In this document: positions 9,211 to 17,064 of the stretch, in pieces
Layout: each line of letters begins with the position of its first letter
Position numbering within the stretch: the first letter of the stretch is position 1
Assembly: GCF_001465295.1 (NCBI RefSeq)
Contig: NZ_CP011034.1
Location: 2,700,001 to 2,732,000, forward strand
Reading direction: 5' to 3'
Source: Pseudoalteromonas translucida KMM 520
GTDB lineage: Bacteria > Pseudomonadota > Gammaproteobacteria > Enterobacterales > Alteromonadaceae
DNA length: 32,000 bases
Program-made: the position numbers and the translations under genes
The notes under the pieces: model-generated
What the model saw: only the letters and a program-made list of their open reading frames with translations
Databases searched by the model: none
What the model was told of the DNA's origin: nothing

Positions 9211-10266
9211 TTACATATCAAGTATGCTCAGCTGCAAATTGTGTTGCGGCTGATTTTTTATTCCTACCCCAATACCTAATAAACGCACTGGTTGCTGTAA
9301 GCCGCGTTGATACGCTTTAGCTAATAGTTCGCTAAAAATATCGCTATTTAATTGCTGATGCGCCTGATCGACTGAGGTCACTACAAAATTGGCAAATTTT
9401 ACTTTAACACTGAGTTTATTTACCTGATTTTGCAGCTGCTGCTTGTTTAGTCGAGTGGTTAGCTCCTCAAGCAGTGAAGGAAGTTGCTCTAGGCATTCTT
9501 GTAAACTATTTTTATTGTACTCATACGTATGCTCAACGCTTAGTGATTTACGTACACGCTCAGTAGACACCCGGCCTATGTGTTCACCAGCGCACTTTTG
9601 ATATAACGACACGCCAAAATTACCTACATGTTGCTGCATCCAATTTACGCCTTTTTCGCGTACATCTTGGCCTGTATACAAACCTTTTAAGTTAAGCTTT
9701 TCGAGCGTGACCTTACCTACACCCGGAATTTTACCCAGCGGTAACTGTGCTAAAAAGGCATCAACCTGATCGGGCAATACGACAAACTGACCATTGGGTT
9801 TATTTTCGTCACTGGCTATTTTGGCAATAAATTTAATTGGCGCAATACCGGCCGAGGCAGTAAGCCCTGTGGCATTATAAATATCAGCACGAATTTGCTG
9901 CGCAATAAGCGTGGCGCTGCCTTTACACTGCTCACTGTGGGTTACATCTAAATAGGCTTCGTCAAGAGAGAGAGGTTCAATTAAATCTGTATAGCGACTA
10001 AACACGGCACGTATTTGCGTCGATACGTCTTTATAAACAGCCATACGCCCAGGCACTATAACTAAGTCGGGGCATAATTGTTTGGCATGATAGTTAGACA
10101 TAGCCGAGCGCACGCCATACTCCCGAGCAATATAATTTGCAGTAGAGAGCACGCCACGGCGACTATTGCCACCAATTGCAAGTGGTACATTGGCAAGTTT
10201 AGGGTTGTCGCGCATTTCGACCGCCGCATAAAAGCAGTCCATATCTATATGAATAAACTTTTTCAT
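9211..10266 (-). CDS. dinB: DNA polymerase IV (Y-family translesion polymerase)
   Basis: MKKFIHIDMDCFYAAVEMRDNP...SLDEAYLDVT and a C-terminal little-finger region, with 351 aa as in E. coli DinB. Start moved to ATG 10266 (the track begins at an upstream GTG). A LexA box lies directly upstream. Confidence 0.95.
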   Translation of the reverse strand: MKKFIHIDMDCFYAAVEMRDNPKLANVPLAIGGNSRRGVLSTANYIAREYGVRSAMSNYHAKQLCPDLVIVPGRMAVYKDVSTQIRAVFSRYTDLIEPLSLDEAYLDVTHSEQCKGSATLIAQQIRADIYNATGLTASAGIAPIKFIAKIASDENKPNGQFVVLPDQVDAFLAQLPLGKIPGVGKVTLEKLNLKGLYTGQDVREKGVNWMQQHVGNFGVSLYQKCAGEHIGRVSTERVRKSLSVEHTYEYNKNSLQECLEQLPSLLEELTTRLNKQQLQNQVNKLSVKVKFANFVVTSVDQAHQQLNSDIFSELLAKAYQRGLQQPVRLLGIGVGIKNQPQHNLQLSILDM

Positions 10267-10280
10267 TACCACTATAACAA

Positions 10281-10296
10281 CTGTTTATTTATACAG
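10281..10296 (-). promoter_or_regulatory. LexA (SOS) box CTGT-N8-ACAG overlapping the dinB promoter
   Basis: AACTGTTTATTTATACAGCC, an exact CTGT-N8-ACAG with an AT-rich spacer. It lies 15 nt upstream of the dinB ATG and 5 nt downstream of a perfect TATAAT on the minus strand (plus-strand ATTATA 10302-10307). Confidence 0.8.
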
Positions 10297-10339
10297 CCAT
10301 TATTATAGAATCAACTGTAATTAGCAAGCTTGCCCCCTA

Positions 10340-10516
10340 TTAAAAACAGCGTTTATTATTTTTACGCTTTTTAAAAGAATACAGCCAAAACCCTGTTTCC
10401 AACGTAAAACCCACAACAGTTAAAGCAATGACACCCGATGCATTACCCATCGCGTAACAAATAAATGCGGCTATAAAAACTAAACAGACTAAAAGCCAAT
10501 TAACGACACTTTTCAT
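10340..10516 (-). CDS. Small two-TM membrane protein, hypothetical
   Basis: MKSVVNWLLVCLVFIAAFICYAM...VIALTVVGFTLETGFWLYSF followed by a basic tail KKRKNNKRCF. No recognisable family. Start taken at the internal ATG. Confidence 0.4.
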   Translation of the reverse strand: MKSVVNWLLVCLVFIAAFICYAMGNASGVIALTVVGFTLETGFWLYSFKKRKNNKRCF

Positions 10517-10656
10517 ACATATCTCCCTACCTGTGTTATATAACAATAAACCTTTTATTTAATTAAACCAAACATAAAATACCCTAGGTTAATTACCTTG
10601 AGGTAATAACCCCATATTGATAATCTAAACACTTTAAAATTAAAGGGCGTAAATGT

Positions 10657-11085
10657 ATGCAAACGTTTAAAGATCAACATCCTATTCATACTGACATTAC
10701 AGTGGCATGGGGAGATATGGATGCCCTGCAACACGTAAATAATGTTGTTTATTTACGCTATTTTGAAATAGCTCGCATCGATTTTTTAAATAAAATAAAC
10801 CTTTTTGAAACCATTAGCAGCAAAGGCATTGGCCCTGTGATCAGCGAAAACACTATTCGCTATAAACGCCCAGTAACTTTTCCCGATACCCTCACTGTAG
10901 GTGTCACCATCAGCGATATTAAATCAGATCGCTTTATGATGAACTACAACGTGTTTAGCCACGCGCAAAATGCCATAACCACAACAGGCACTTCGCAAGT
11001 CGTAATGTTTGACTTTCAAACTGGTAAAAAGTCGCCAATCACTGAGCCGCTTTTATCTGCTATACAGCAATATACCCAAAACTAA
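10657..11085 (+). CDS. Hotdog-fold acyl-CoA thioesterase (4HBT/YbgC-like)
   Basis: WGDMDALQHVNNVVYLRYFE matches the DxxGHVxNxxY-type active-site region. Size is 142 aa. Confidence 0.8.
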   Translation: MQTFKDQHPIHTDITVAWGDMDALQHVNNVVYLRYFEIARIDFLNKINLFETISSKGIGPVISENTIRYKRPVTFPDTLTVGVTISDIKSDRFMMNYNVFSHAQNAITTTGTSQVVMFDFQTGKKSPITEPLLSAIQQYTQN

Positions 11086-11106
11086 GCCAGTAAATAAGGA
11101 GCTTAT

Positions 11107-12159
11107 ATGCAATACAACCCACTAGGTAGCAGTGGTGTAAACGTCTCTAGGGTCTGCTTAGGTAGTATGACGTGGGGGTTACAAAACACGCAAAGCGATG
11201 CAGATCAGCAAATAGCTTATGCGCTTGAGCAAGGTGTTAACTTTATTGATACCGCCGAAATGTACGCTGTGCCGCCATCTCCCGACACCTACGGCAAAAC
11301 AGAGCAAATTATTGGCAACTGGTTAGCGCGTAATCAAAATAAACGTAGCGACATAGTACTTGCCACTAAAATTGCCGGAAACGGTTTACAGTGGATACGT
11401 GAAGGGAGCAATATTACCCGCCAAACAGTTATTGCTGCAGTTGATGACTCGCTTAAACGTTTGCAAACCGATTACATTGATTTATACCAACTACATTGGC
11501 CCAACCGCGCCACGCCACACTTTGCCAAACAATGGCCAGGAATGCTTAAATTTACCGAGGTAGATGCGCAGCAACAAACTGCCGATATGCTCGATATATT
11601 AGAAGGTTTAAACGACTGCGTAAAAGCCGGAAAAATAAAACACTGTGGCCTTTCAGACGATACACCTTGGGGTGTTAACCAGTTTTTAAACTTAGCTAAA
11701 GAGCATAATTTACCGCCCATGGTGTCGATTCAAAACGAATTTAGCCTAGTGCACGCCAAAGATTGGCCTTACTTAATAGAACAATGTGTACACGAAGATA
11801 TTGCTTATTTACCTTGGTCACCATTGGCGGCGGGTTCATTAACCGGTAAATATTTAAACGGCGCACGCCCTGAGGGAACGCGTTGGACCTTTATGCAACG
11901 TAACGGTATTTTCCGCGATACGCCAAACGCACAACAAGCAATAAAGCAATACGTAGAACTTGCTCACGCCCATAACTTAACTCCTGCAGAACTTGCCCTA
12001 GCTTGGTGTAATAAGGTAGATGGCGTAACTTCTACTATTATTGGTGCTACGTCTATGGCGCAATTAAAAGAAGATATTGGTGCGTTTAACCTTACTTTAA
12101 GCGATGAAATTCTCGGCGCTATTAATAGTATTTTTAGACAATACCCTATGCCTTATTAA
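11107..12159 (+). CDS. NADP(H)-dependent aldo-keto reductase, Tas-like
   Basis: LGSMTWG...FIDTAEMY...IDLYQLHWP...AWC... motifs of the AKR superfamily, with 350 aa like E. coli Tas. Confidence 0.88.
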   Translation: MQYNPLGSSGVNVSRVCLGSMTWGLQNTQSDADQQIAYALEQGVNFIDTAEMYAVPPSPDTYGKTEQIIGNWLARNQNKRSDIVLATKIAGNGLQWIREGSNITRQTVIAAVDDSLKRLQTDYIDLYQLHWPNRATPHFAKQWPGMLKFTEVDAQQQTADMLDILEGLNDCVKAGKIKHCGLSDDTPWGVNQFLNLAKEHNLPPMVSIQNEFSLVHAKDWPYLIEQCVHEDIAYLPWSPLAAGSLTGKYLNGARPEGTRWTFMQRNGIFRDTPNAQQAIKQYVELAHAHNLTPAELALAWCNKVDGVTSTIIGATSMAQLKEDIGAFNLTLSDEILGAINSIFRQYPMPY

Positions 12160-12211
12160 GCTAATGCGCACTAGCTAAAAAGACCAAGTTAAAAGTAAAA
12201 ACCGCAAGCTA

Positions 12212-12240
12212 AGTGCACCTACTGCATAGGTGCACTTTTA
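12212..12240 (+). terminator. Rho-independent terminator after the aldo-keto reductase gene
   Basis: AGTGCACCT (12212-12220) / AGGTGCACT (12228-12236) with a 7-nt loop, followed by TTTTA. Confidence 0.75.
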
Positions 12241-12251
12241 ACTTTGCATTA

Positions 12252-12866
12252 TTACTCGGCCTGCCATTTATGCGCCAATATACGTTGCCCATTGGCGTAT
12301 AGCGTTACACTAAATATACTGCCTGCCGTTACTTCCCCAACCCCTGCAGGTGTGCCGGTCATTATCACGTCGCCATCTTCAAAGTACATAAAGTCACTAA
12401 TTTCAGCTAAAATTTGCGCTGGTTTATGTAGCATAAAATCGCTATTGCCTTGTTGTATTAGTTGCTCGTTTATTTTGAGCTCAAAGCTAAAATGTTGCAT
12501 TTCCTCGTTAAGCTCAACAAACGGCGTTAATAGCACAGAGCCATCAAACGCTTTTGCTCGCTCCCACGGCAAACCTTTGTTTTTTAACTTAGCCTGCACT
12601 TCGCGCTTGGTTAAATCAAGCCCCAAGCCAACGCCAACTAAACGTCTATTTTTTACCACAAAGCAAAGCTCGGTTTCGTAATGTAAAACATCCTTATTAT
12701 GCGTTGCTAGCAACTTAGTACCAATTGCACTATTAGGCTTATTAAATAACACCATTTGCTCTGGCAGTTCATTATTTAACTCTGCAATGTGGGCGGTGTA
12801 ATTACGCCCTACACACACTACTTTTGAGGGTAATTCTTGCTCACAACCCAATGTTACTGACTGCAT
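12252..12866 (-). CDS. Fumarylacetoacetate hydrolase (FAH) family protein, YcgM/FAHD1-like
   Basis: KVVCVGRNYTAHIAELN...YETELCFVV...GDVIMTGTPAGVG motifs typical of the FAH fold. Lies 21 bp downstream of the hybrid kinase on the same strand. Confidence 0.85.
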   Translation of the reverse strand: MQSVTLGCEQELPSKVVCVGRNYTAHIAELNNELPEQMVLFNKPNSAIGTKLLATHNKDVLHYETELCFVVKNRRLVGVGLGLDLTKREVQAKLKNKGLPWERAKAFDGSVLLTPFVELNEEMQHFSFELKINEQLIQQGNSDFMLHKPAQILAEISDFMYFEDGDVIMTGTPAGVGEVTAGSIFSVTLYANGQRILAHKWQAE

Positions 12867-12887
12867 AAATCAACTCTATATTGTTGG

Positions 12888-14843
12888 TTAAATAAGTGTT
12901 TCTAGCAAAGCTAAATTAATTGGTTTAAGCAGCACTTGCTCAATTTCAAGCTGCTTTATTTTCACTGGATCAGGCTCCATACCACTAACAATAACGCGCT
13001 TTAATTTTGGATAATGTTGTTTTATATGGTTTGCTAAATCTAAACCACTGCCGTCGGGCAGGTTCATATCTAGTAGCACTTTATCATAGTTAGCATCTGT
13101 TTTAAGTATGGCTAAACAATGCTCATAACTGCTTGCTATGTGTGTTTCAACCCCTAAGCTTTCTAGTAAAAGTTGCGTTATTTGCGCCGCATCGGCGTCG
13201 TCTTCTACTAATAAAAAGCGGGTATTACTATGGGTAACTTCGGGGGGAATTAATACATCTGCTATTTTATTATTTTTACTAAGCGTATCTTGTAAGCACT
13301 GATACAGTAAGTTGGAATCGACTGGTTTTGCTATCACATTATTAAACCCTAATGCCGATAACTCATTATGTATGCCTTTCATAGTTGCCGCCGTTAAGGC
13401 AATAATTGCGCCTTCAAAGCCAATTTTTCTAAGCTCTATAGTGGCTTCTTTTCCGCCCATGATTGGCATATGTATATCCATAAAAATAGCGTCGTAGTCT
13501 ATTCCTTGTTGCTGGGCATTACGTACTTTTTCGAGTGCTTGCTTACCGTGCTCAGCGTAATCTACTTTTGCACCTGCAGAGGTGATCATGTGGCCAACTA
13601 AAACGCGTAAATCACGTAAATCATCAACCACTAATACCCTACCATTAACTTTACATGGTGCATTTTTTTGCTGCATATTAGGGGTTAAGTCGAGCCTTAA
13701 TAAGCTGCGCTCTACATTTTTAATATTGCCGGGGTAGAGCGAAATAATAAATTTAGAGCCTTTGCCAATCGCAGAATCTAAGGCAATTGAACCCTGCATT
13801 CTGTTAAGTAACTCAGTACAAATAGCAAGCCCTAAGCCAGCACCGCCTACCGCGCGCGACTCAACATCGGCTATTTGTTCAAACGGTTTAAATATAAGCG
13901 CTTGTTTTTCTGGCGCAATGCCCATGCCTGAGTCTTCAATACTAAAAAACAGCATTTCACGGTCGCTAACAAATTCAGTCCAAGCACAAAGGGTTATTTC
14001 GCCTTGCTCGGTAAATTTAATTGCATTGTTGATAATGTTTATAAGTATTTGTCGAAGGCGAGTTGCGTCAATATTAACGATTAAAGGCAAGGGCTGCAGC
14101 GATTCAAAGCGTAATGACAAGCCCTTATCAAGCGCCGATACTCGCATTAAAGTAAATACGTCAGCCATTAAGCTATCAAGATTTACATCACTGCAATTAA
14201 GCTCAAGTTTATCGGCCGCTATTTTTGATAAATCGAGGACGTCATTAAGTAAGCTTAATAAGTGTTTACCATTGCGGTAAATTACACCTAGCTCGTTTTC
14301 GGCTTGTTTACTAAAGTCGCTTTGCATTAATAATTCGGTGTAACCTAAAACCGACGACAGCGGCGTACGTAGCTCGTGGCTTAAGTGTGCTAAAAAGCGA
14401 TCTTTTGAGCGGTTTTCGGCTTCGGCTTTTAATCGCTCAAGTCGCTCATCTTCAACATCACGACGGGCTAAAGCATAACGTATTGCACGCGCAAAGCGGC
14501 TAGTGGTCATTTCACTTTTAACTAAATAGTCTACAGCGCCGGCATCAAGTGCAGCCGAATCTAACGCTTCATTAGATTGCCCTGTTAACATAATTATTGG
14601 GCCACTAAAGCCGTTTTTTATTGCTTGTTTTAATACACTTAAGCCATCTGAGGCACCTAAGCGATAATCTAGCAAACAAATGTCATGCTTATTCTCACTA
14701 AGTACTTTAACTGCCTGTTTAGGGTCGCTAACCCATTCAATCTCAAATGTATGGGAACTGAGCTGCTCAAGATAATCGCGGGTAAGAATATAATCATCTT
14801 CATCATCTTCAACAAGTAGCAGCTTGGTTGCCTTAATAGACAT
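12888..14843 (-). CDS. Hybrid sensor histidine kinase, REC-HisKA-HATPase-REC-REC
   Basis: REC1: LVEDDEDD...CLLDYRL...MLTG...YLVK. H-box FLAHLSHELRTPL, N-box NNAIKFT, G-boxes IEDSGMGI and GGAGLGLAI. REC2: VVDD...FMDIHMP...ALTA...AKP. REC3: VEDD...LLDMNLP...LLKP. No TM segment and no HPt region seen. Confidence 0.9.
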   Translation of the reverse strand: MSIKATKLLLVEDDEDDYILTRDYLEQLSSHTFEIEWVSDPKQAVKVLSENKHDICLLDYRLGASDGLSVLKQAIKNGFSGPIIMLTGQSNEALDSAALDAGAVDYLVKSEMTTSRFARAIRYALARRDVEDERLERLKAEAENRSKDRFLAHLSHELRTPLSSVLGYTELLMQSDFSKQAENELGVIYRNGKHLLSLLNDVLDLSKIAADKLELNCSDVNLDSLMADVFTLMRVSALDKGLSLRFESLQPLPLIVNIDATRLRQILINIINNAIKFTEQGEITLCAWTEFVSDREMLFFSIEDSGMGIAPEKQALIFKPFEQIADVESRAVGGAGLGLAICTELLNRMQGSIALDSAIGKGSKFIISLYPGNIKNVERSLLRLDLTPNMQQKNAPCKVNGRVLVVDDLRDLRVLVGHMITSAGAKVDYAEHGKQALEKVRNAQQQGIDYDAIFMDIHMPIMGGKEATIELRKIGFEGAIIALTAATMKGIHNELSALGFNNVIAKPVDSNLLYQCLQDTLSKNNKIADVLIPPEVTHSNTRFLLVEDDADAAQITQLLLESLGVETHIASSYEHCLAILKTDANYDKVLLDMNLPDGSGLDLANHIKQHYPKLKRVIVSGMEPDPVKIKQLEIEQVLLKPINLALLETLI

Positions 14844-14869
14844 GCAATCTCCCGTTTTAGTGGCTGTTT

Positions 14870-15331
14870 TTAATCATTATAAGTATTTGGTAGTTCTACA
14901 AACTCAACCCAGTACTTACCTAGTGCTTTCATTAGTTCAACTAAACCATCAAAGGTAACTGGCTTAGTTATATACGACGCGGCACCTAAGTCGTAGCCTT
15001 TAACCATATCTTCTTCTTGCTTTGAGGTAGTTAAAATAACAACTGGTATGCCCTTTAAGCATGGGTTTGCTTTAATGGCTTGCAATGCTTCGCGGCCATC
15101 CATACGTGGCATATTTAAGTCTAATAAAATTAAACCTGGTCTGGGCGATGTATCTTTTTGCTCAAACTTACCTTTGCGCTCCAAGTACTCTAATAGCTCC
15201 ACACCATCTTCAACAAAGTGTAGCTCGTTAAGTACACGGCTTTCGGCTAGGGCATCTTGAGTTAATAAACGATCGTCTTCATCATCATCGGCCATTAAAA
15301 TAGTGATTGGTTTTACTTTAGTAAGTGGCAT
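14870..15331 (-). CDS. Single-domain response regulator (Rcp1/CheY-like receiver)
   Basis: LMADDDEDD...ILLDLNMPRMDG...ILTTS...YITKP. The ATG directly abuts the TAA stop of the upstream kinase gene (gcttaaATG), which suggests translational coupling. Confidence 0.9.
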   Translation of the reverse strand: MPLTKVKPITILMADDDEDDRLLTQDALAESRVLNELHFVEDGVELLEYLERKGKFEQKDTSPRPGLILLDLNMPRMDGREALQAIKANPCLKGIPVVILTTSKQEEDMVKGYDLGAASYITKPVTFDGLVELMKALGKYWVEFVELPNTYND

Positions 15332-16816
15332 TTAAGCCTCTCCTTGCAATGTGAAAAGCTCGCTTTCCACAGGTAGTTTTATAATGAAGCTTGCACCCTC
15401 ACCCATGTTACTTTGTGCTGTTATAGTGCCGCCATGGCGCTCTACTATACGCCGACAAACAGATAAACCTATACCAGTGCCCTTATACTGCGAGCGACCA
15501 TGTAAACGCTGAAATGGAACAAATATTTTATCTGCATAATCTGGCGAAAAACCAATACCGTTGTCTTTAACAGTAATTATTTGCCAACAAACCTCGGTAT
15601 TATGCCCTTCACTAAATTCACTCGTTTTTATGTGTTCAATATTAATAACGGGTTGTTGTTCTGGGTGCCTAAATTTAACCGCGTTTGAAATTAAGTTTAA
15701 AAATAACTGTTGCATCTGGCTTGGATCGGCCTGAATTATTGGCATATCGCCCACATTAATCTGCGCATTAGACTCTTTAATAGCAATTTCTAAATCACTT
15801 AAAATATCATTTAATACATTATTTAAATCGGTATCAACAAAATTTTTGCCACGGGTGGTAATACGCGAAAACTCTAATAAGTCATTAATTAAATTAGACA
15901 TACGCTGCGCTGCATTTTTCATCCGCGCTATATAATCCATGCCTTTTTCACCTAACTCGTCTTTGAACATAGTTTCGAGACGATCGCTAAATGCTTGAAT
16001 TTTACGCAGTGGTTCTTGCAAGTCATGGCTTGCTACAAACGCAAACTCTTCTAACTCGCGGTTACTGCGACTCAACTCATCTGAATAAAGCATTAGCTCT
16101 TGAGTTCGCTCTGTCACTTTGCTAGCTAAGGCTTCGTTTTGTTTTTCAAGCTCTGCTCGATACTGCGCAGTATTTCTTAAATTTAACCGTGTAAGTACAA
16201 ACATGCCTATAATTAGCAAACCGCTAGTGACTGCGGTAATGACAAAAGTAATTTTAGCTTCATTTTTTATTTTTGCTAACTTAGAAAAGTGGCTAACTTT
16301 AAACAACATTTCTCGCTCTTGAATTTCGTTTACCGCTAAGCGAATTTGTTTATACAGCTCTCGTCCTTTATCTGTGTTTACTAAATACAGCGCACTGCGC
16401 TCTTTATTATTTTGCGCTAAGTTAACGGTCTTTTTTAATTCAATTTCCTTTTTATCCACTAACGACAATAACAGTGCAATGCGCTCTGCCTGGCCATTAA
16501 TTTCTGAGCTTAACGATTTTACATGCTCAGTTTGTGACTCAAGCTGCTCAAGTGCATCGTAATAAGGAACTAAATAATCACTTTTTTCTGTAAGTAAATA
16601 ACCTCGCTGACCCGACTCAGCCTGCACAACTGACAAATGTAACTTTTCGATAGCGGTAGTGAGCATATTGGTATTGTCTAAACTATTTTGCGTTTTGCTT
16701 AACCCTTGTATGGTATTTACTGCCAAAAATGCATTACCAATAATGATAGATAACACCACAACAATAAATGTTGCCCAAATGACATTAGCTTTACTTGGTT
16801 CTTTTTGCGTACTCAT
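15332..16816 (-). CDS. CHASE3-domain sensor histidine kinase
   Basis: TM1, then the CHASE3 hallmark AESGQRGYLLTEKSDYLVPYYDA, then TM2 (ITFVITAVTSGLLIIGMFVL) and a coiled coil. H-box FAFVASHDLQEPLRKI, N-box LISNAVKF, G-boxes VKDNGIGF and GTGIGLSV. Confidence 0.9.
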   Translation of the reverse strand: MSTQKEPSKANVIWATFIVVVLSIIIGNAFLAVNTIQGLSKTQNSLDNTNMLTTAIEKLHLSVVQAESGQRGYLLTEKSDYLVPYYDALEQLESQTEHVKSLSSEINGQAERIALLLSLVDKKEIELKKTVNLAQNNKERSALYLVNTDKGRELYKQIRLAVNEIQEREMLFKVSHFSKLAKIKNEAKITFVITAVTSGLLIIGMFVLTRLNLRNTAQYRAELEKQNEALASKVTERTQELMLYSDELSRSNRELEEFAFVASHDLQEPLRKIQAFSDRLETMFKDELGEKGMDYIARMKNAAQRMSNLINDLLEFSRITTRGKNFVDTDLNNVLNDILSDLEIAIKESNAQINVGDMPIIQADPSQMQQLFLNLISNAVKFRHPEQQPVINIEHIKTSEFSEGHNTEVCWQIITVKDNGIGFSPDYADKIFVPFQRLHGRSQYKGTGIGLSVCRRIVERHGGTITAQSNMGEGASFIIKLPVESELFTLQGEA

Positions 16817-16842
16817 TTAGCATCCTAATTCAAAGAGATAAA

Positions 16843-17049
16843 TTATTGCGAGTCTGTAATTGTTTGTAAGCTTTCGCTGCACTGTTGGCAGTTAGCAATA
16901 ATTTTATTTAGCGCATCGAGTGCTTTCTCTTTTGGCATATCGTTTTCTAGCACCAGCTTTATCAACTCTGCATTCATCGAAATTCGATTAAGTGGCGCTC
17001 TAGCATCGTGTACTAACTCATTTAGAGGCTTTTTACTGTGATTACTCAT
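16843..17049 (-). CDS. 68-aa stand-alone HisKA/DHp-like mini-protein with an intact H-box (no catalytic ATPase domain)
   Basis: MSNHSKKPLNELVHDARAPLNRISMNAELIKLVLENDMPKEKALDALNKIIANCQQCSESLQTITDSQ. The H-box-like LVHDARAPLNRI is followed by a second predicted helix. ATG 17049 has a GAGGA RBS 7 nt upstream (the track start 17061 is TTG). Lies 15 nt after the stop of the sigma-54 activator gene and 26 nt before the CHASE3 kinase gene. Confidence 0.55.
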   Translation of the reverse strand: MSNHSKKPLNELVHDARAPLNRISMNAELIKLVLENDMPKEKALDALNKIIANCQQCSESLQTITDSQ

Positions 17050-17064
17050 TATTTTCCTCAAACT

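Noticed and set aside
12244-12681. 145-aa plus-strand ORF antisense to the FAH-family gene. Similar long antisense ORFs occur at 13762-14280, 21001-21480, 25042-25440, 17585-17878, 17933-18211 and 27960-28217.
   Set aside because: Each lies entirely inside a well-supported gene on the opposite strand. They have Ser/Cys/Leu-rich low-complexity translations and no RBS or motif, so they are typical shadow ORFs.
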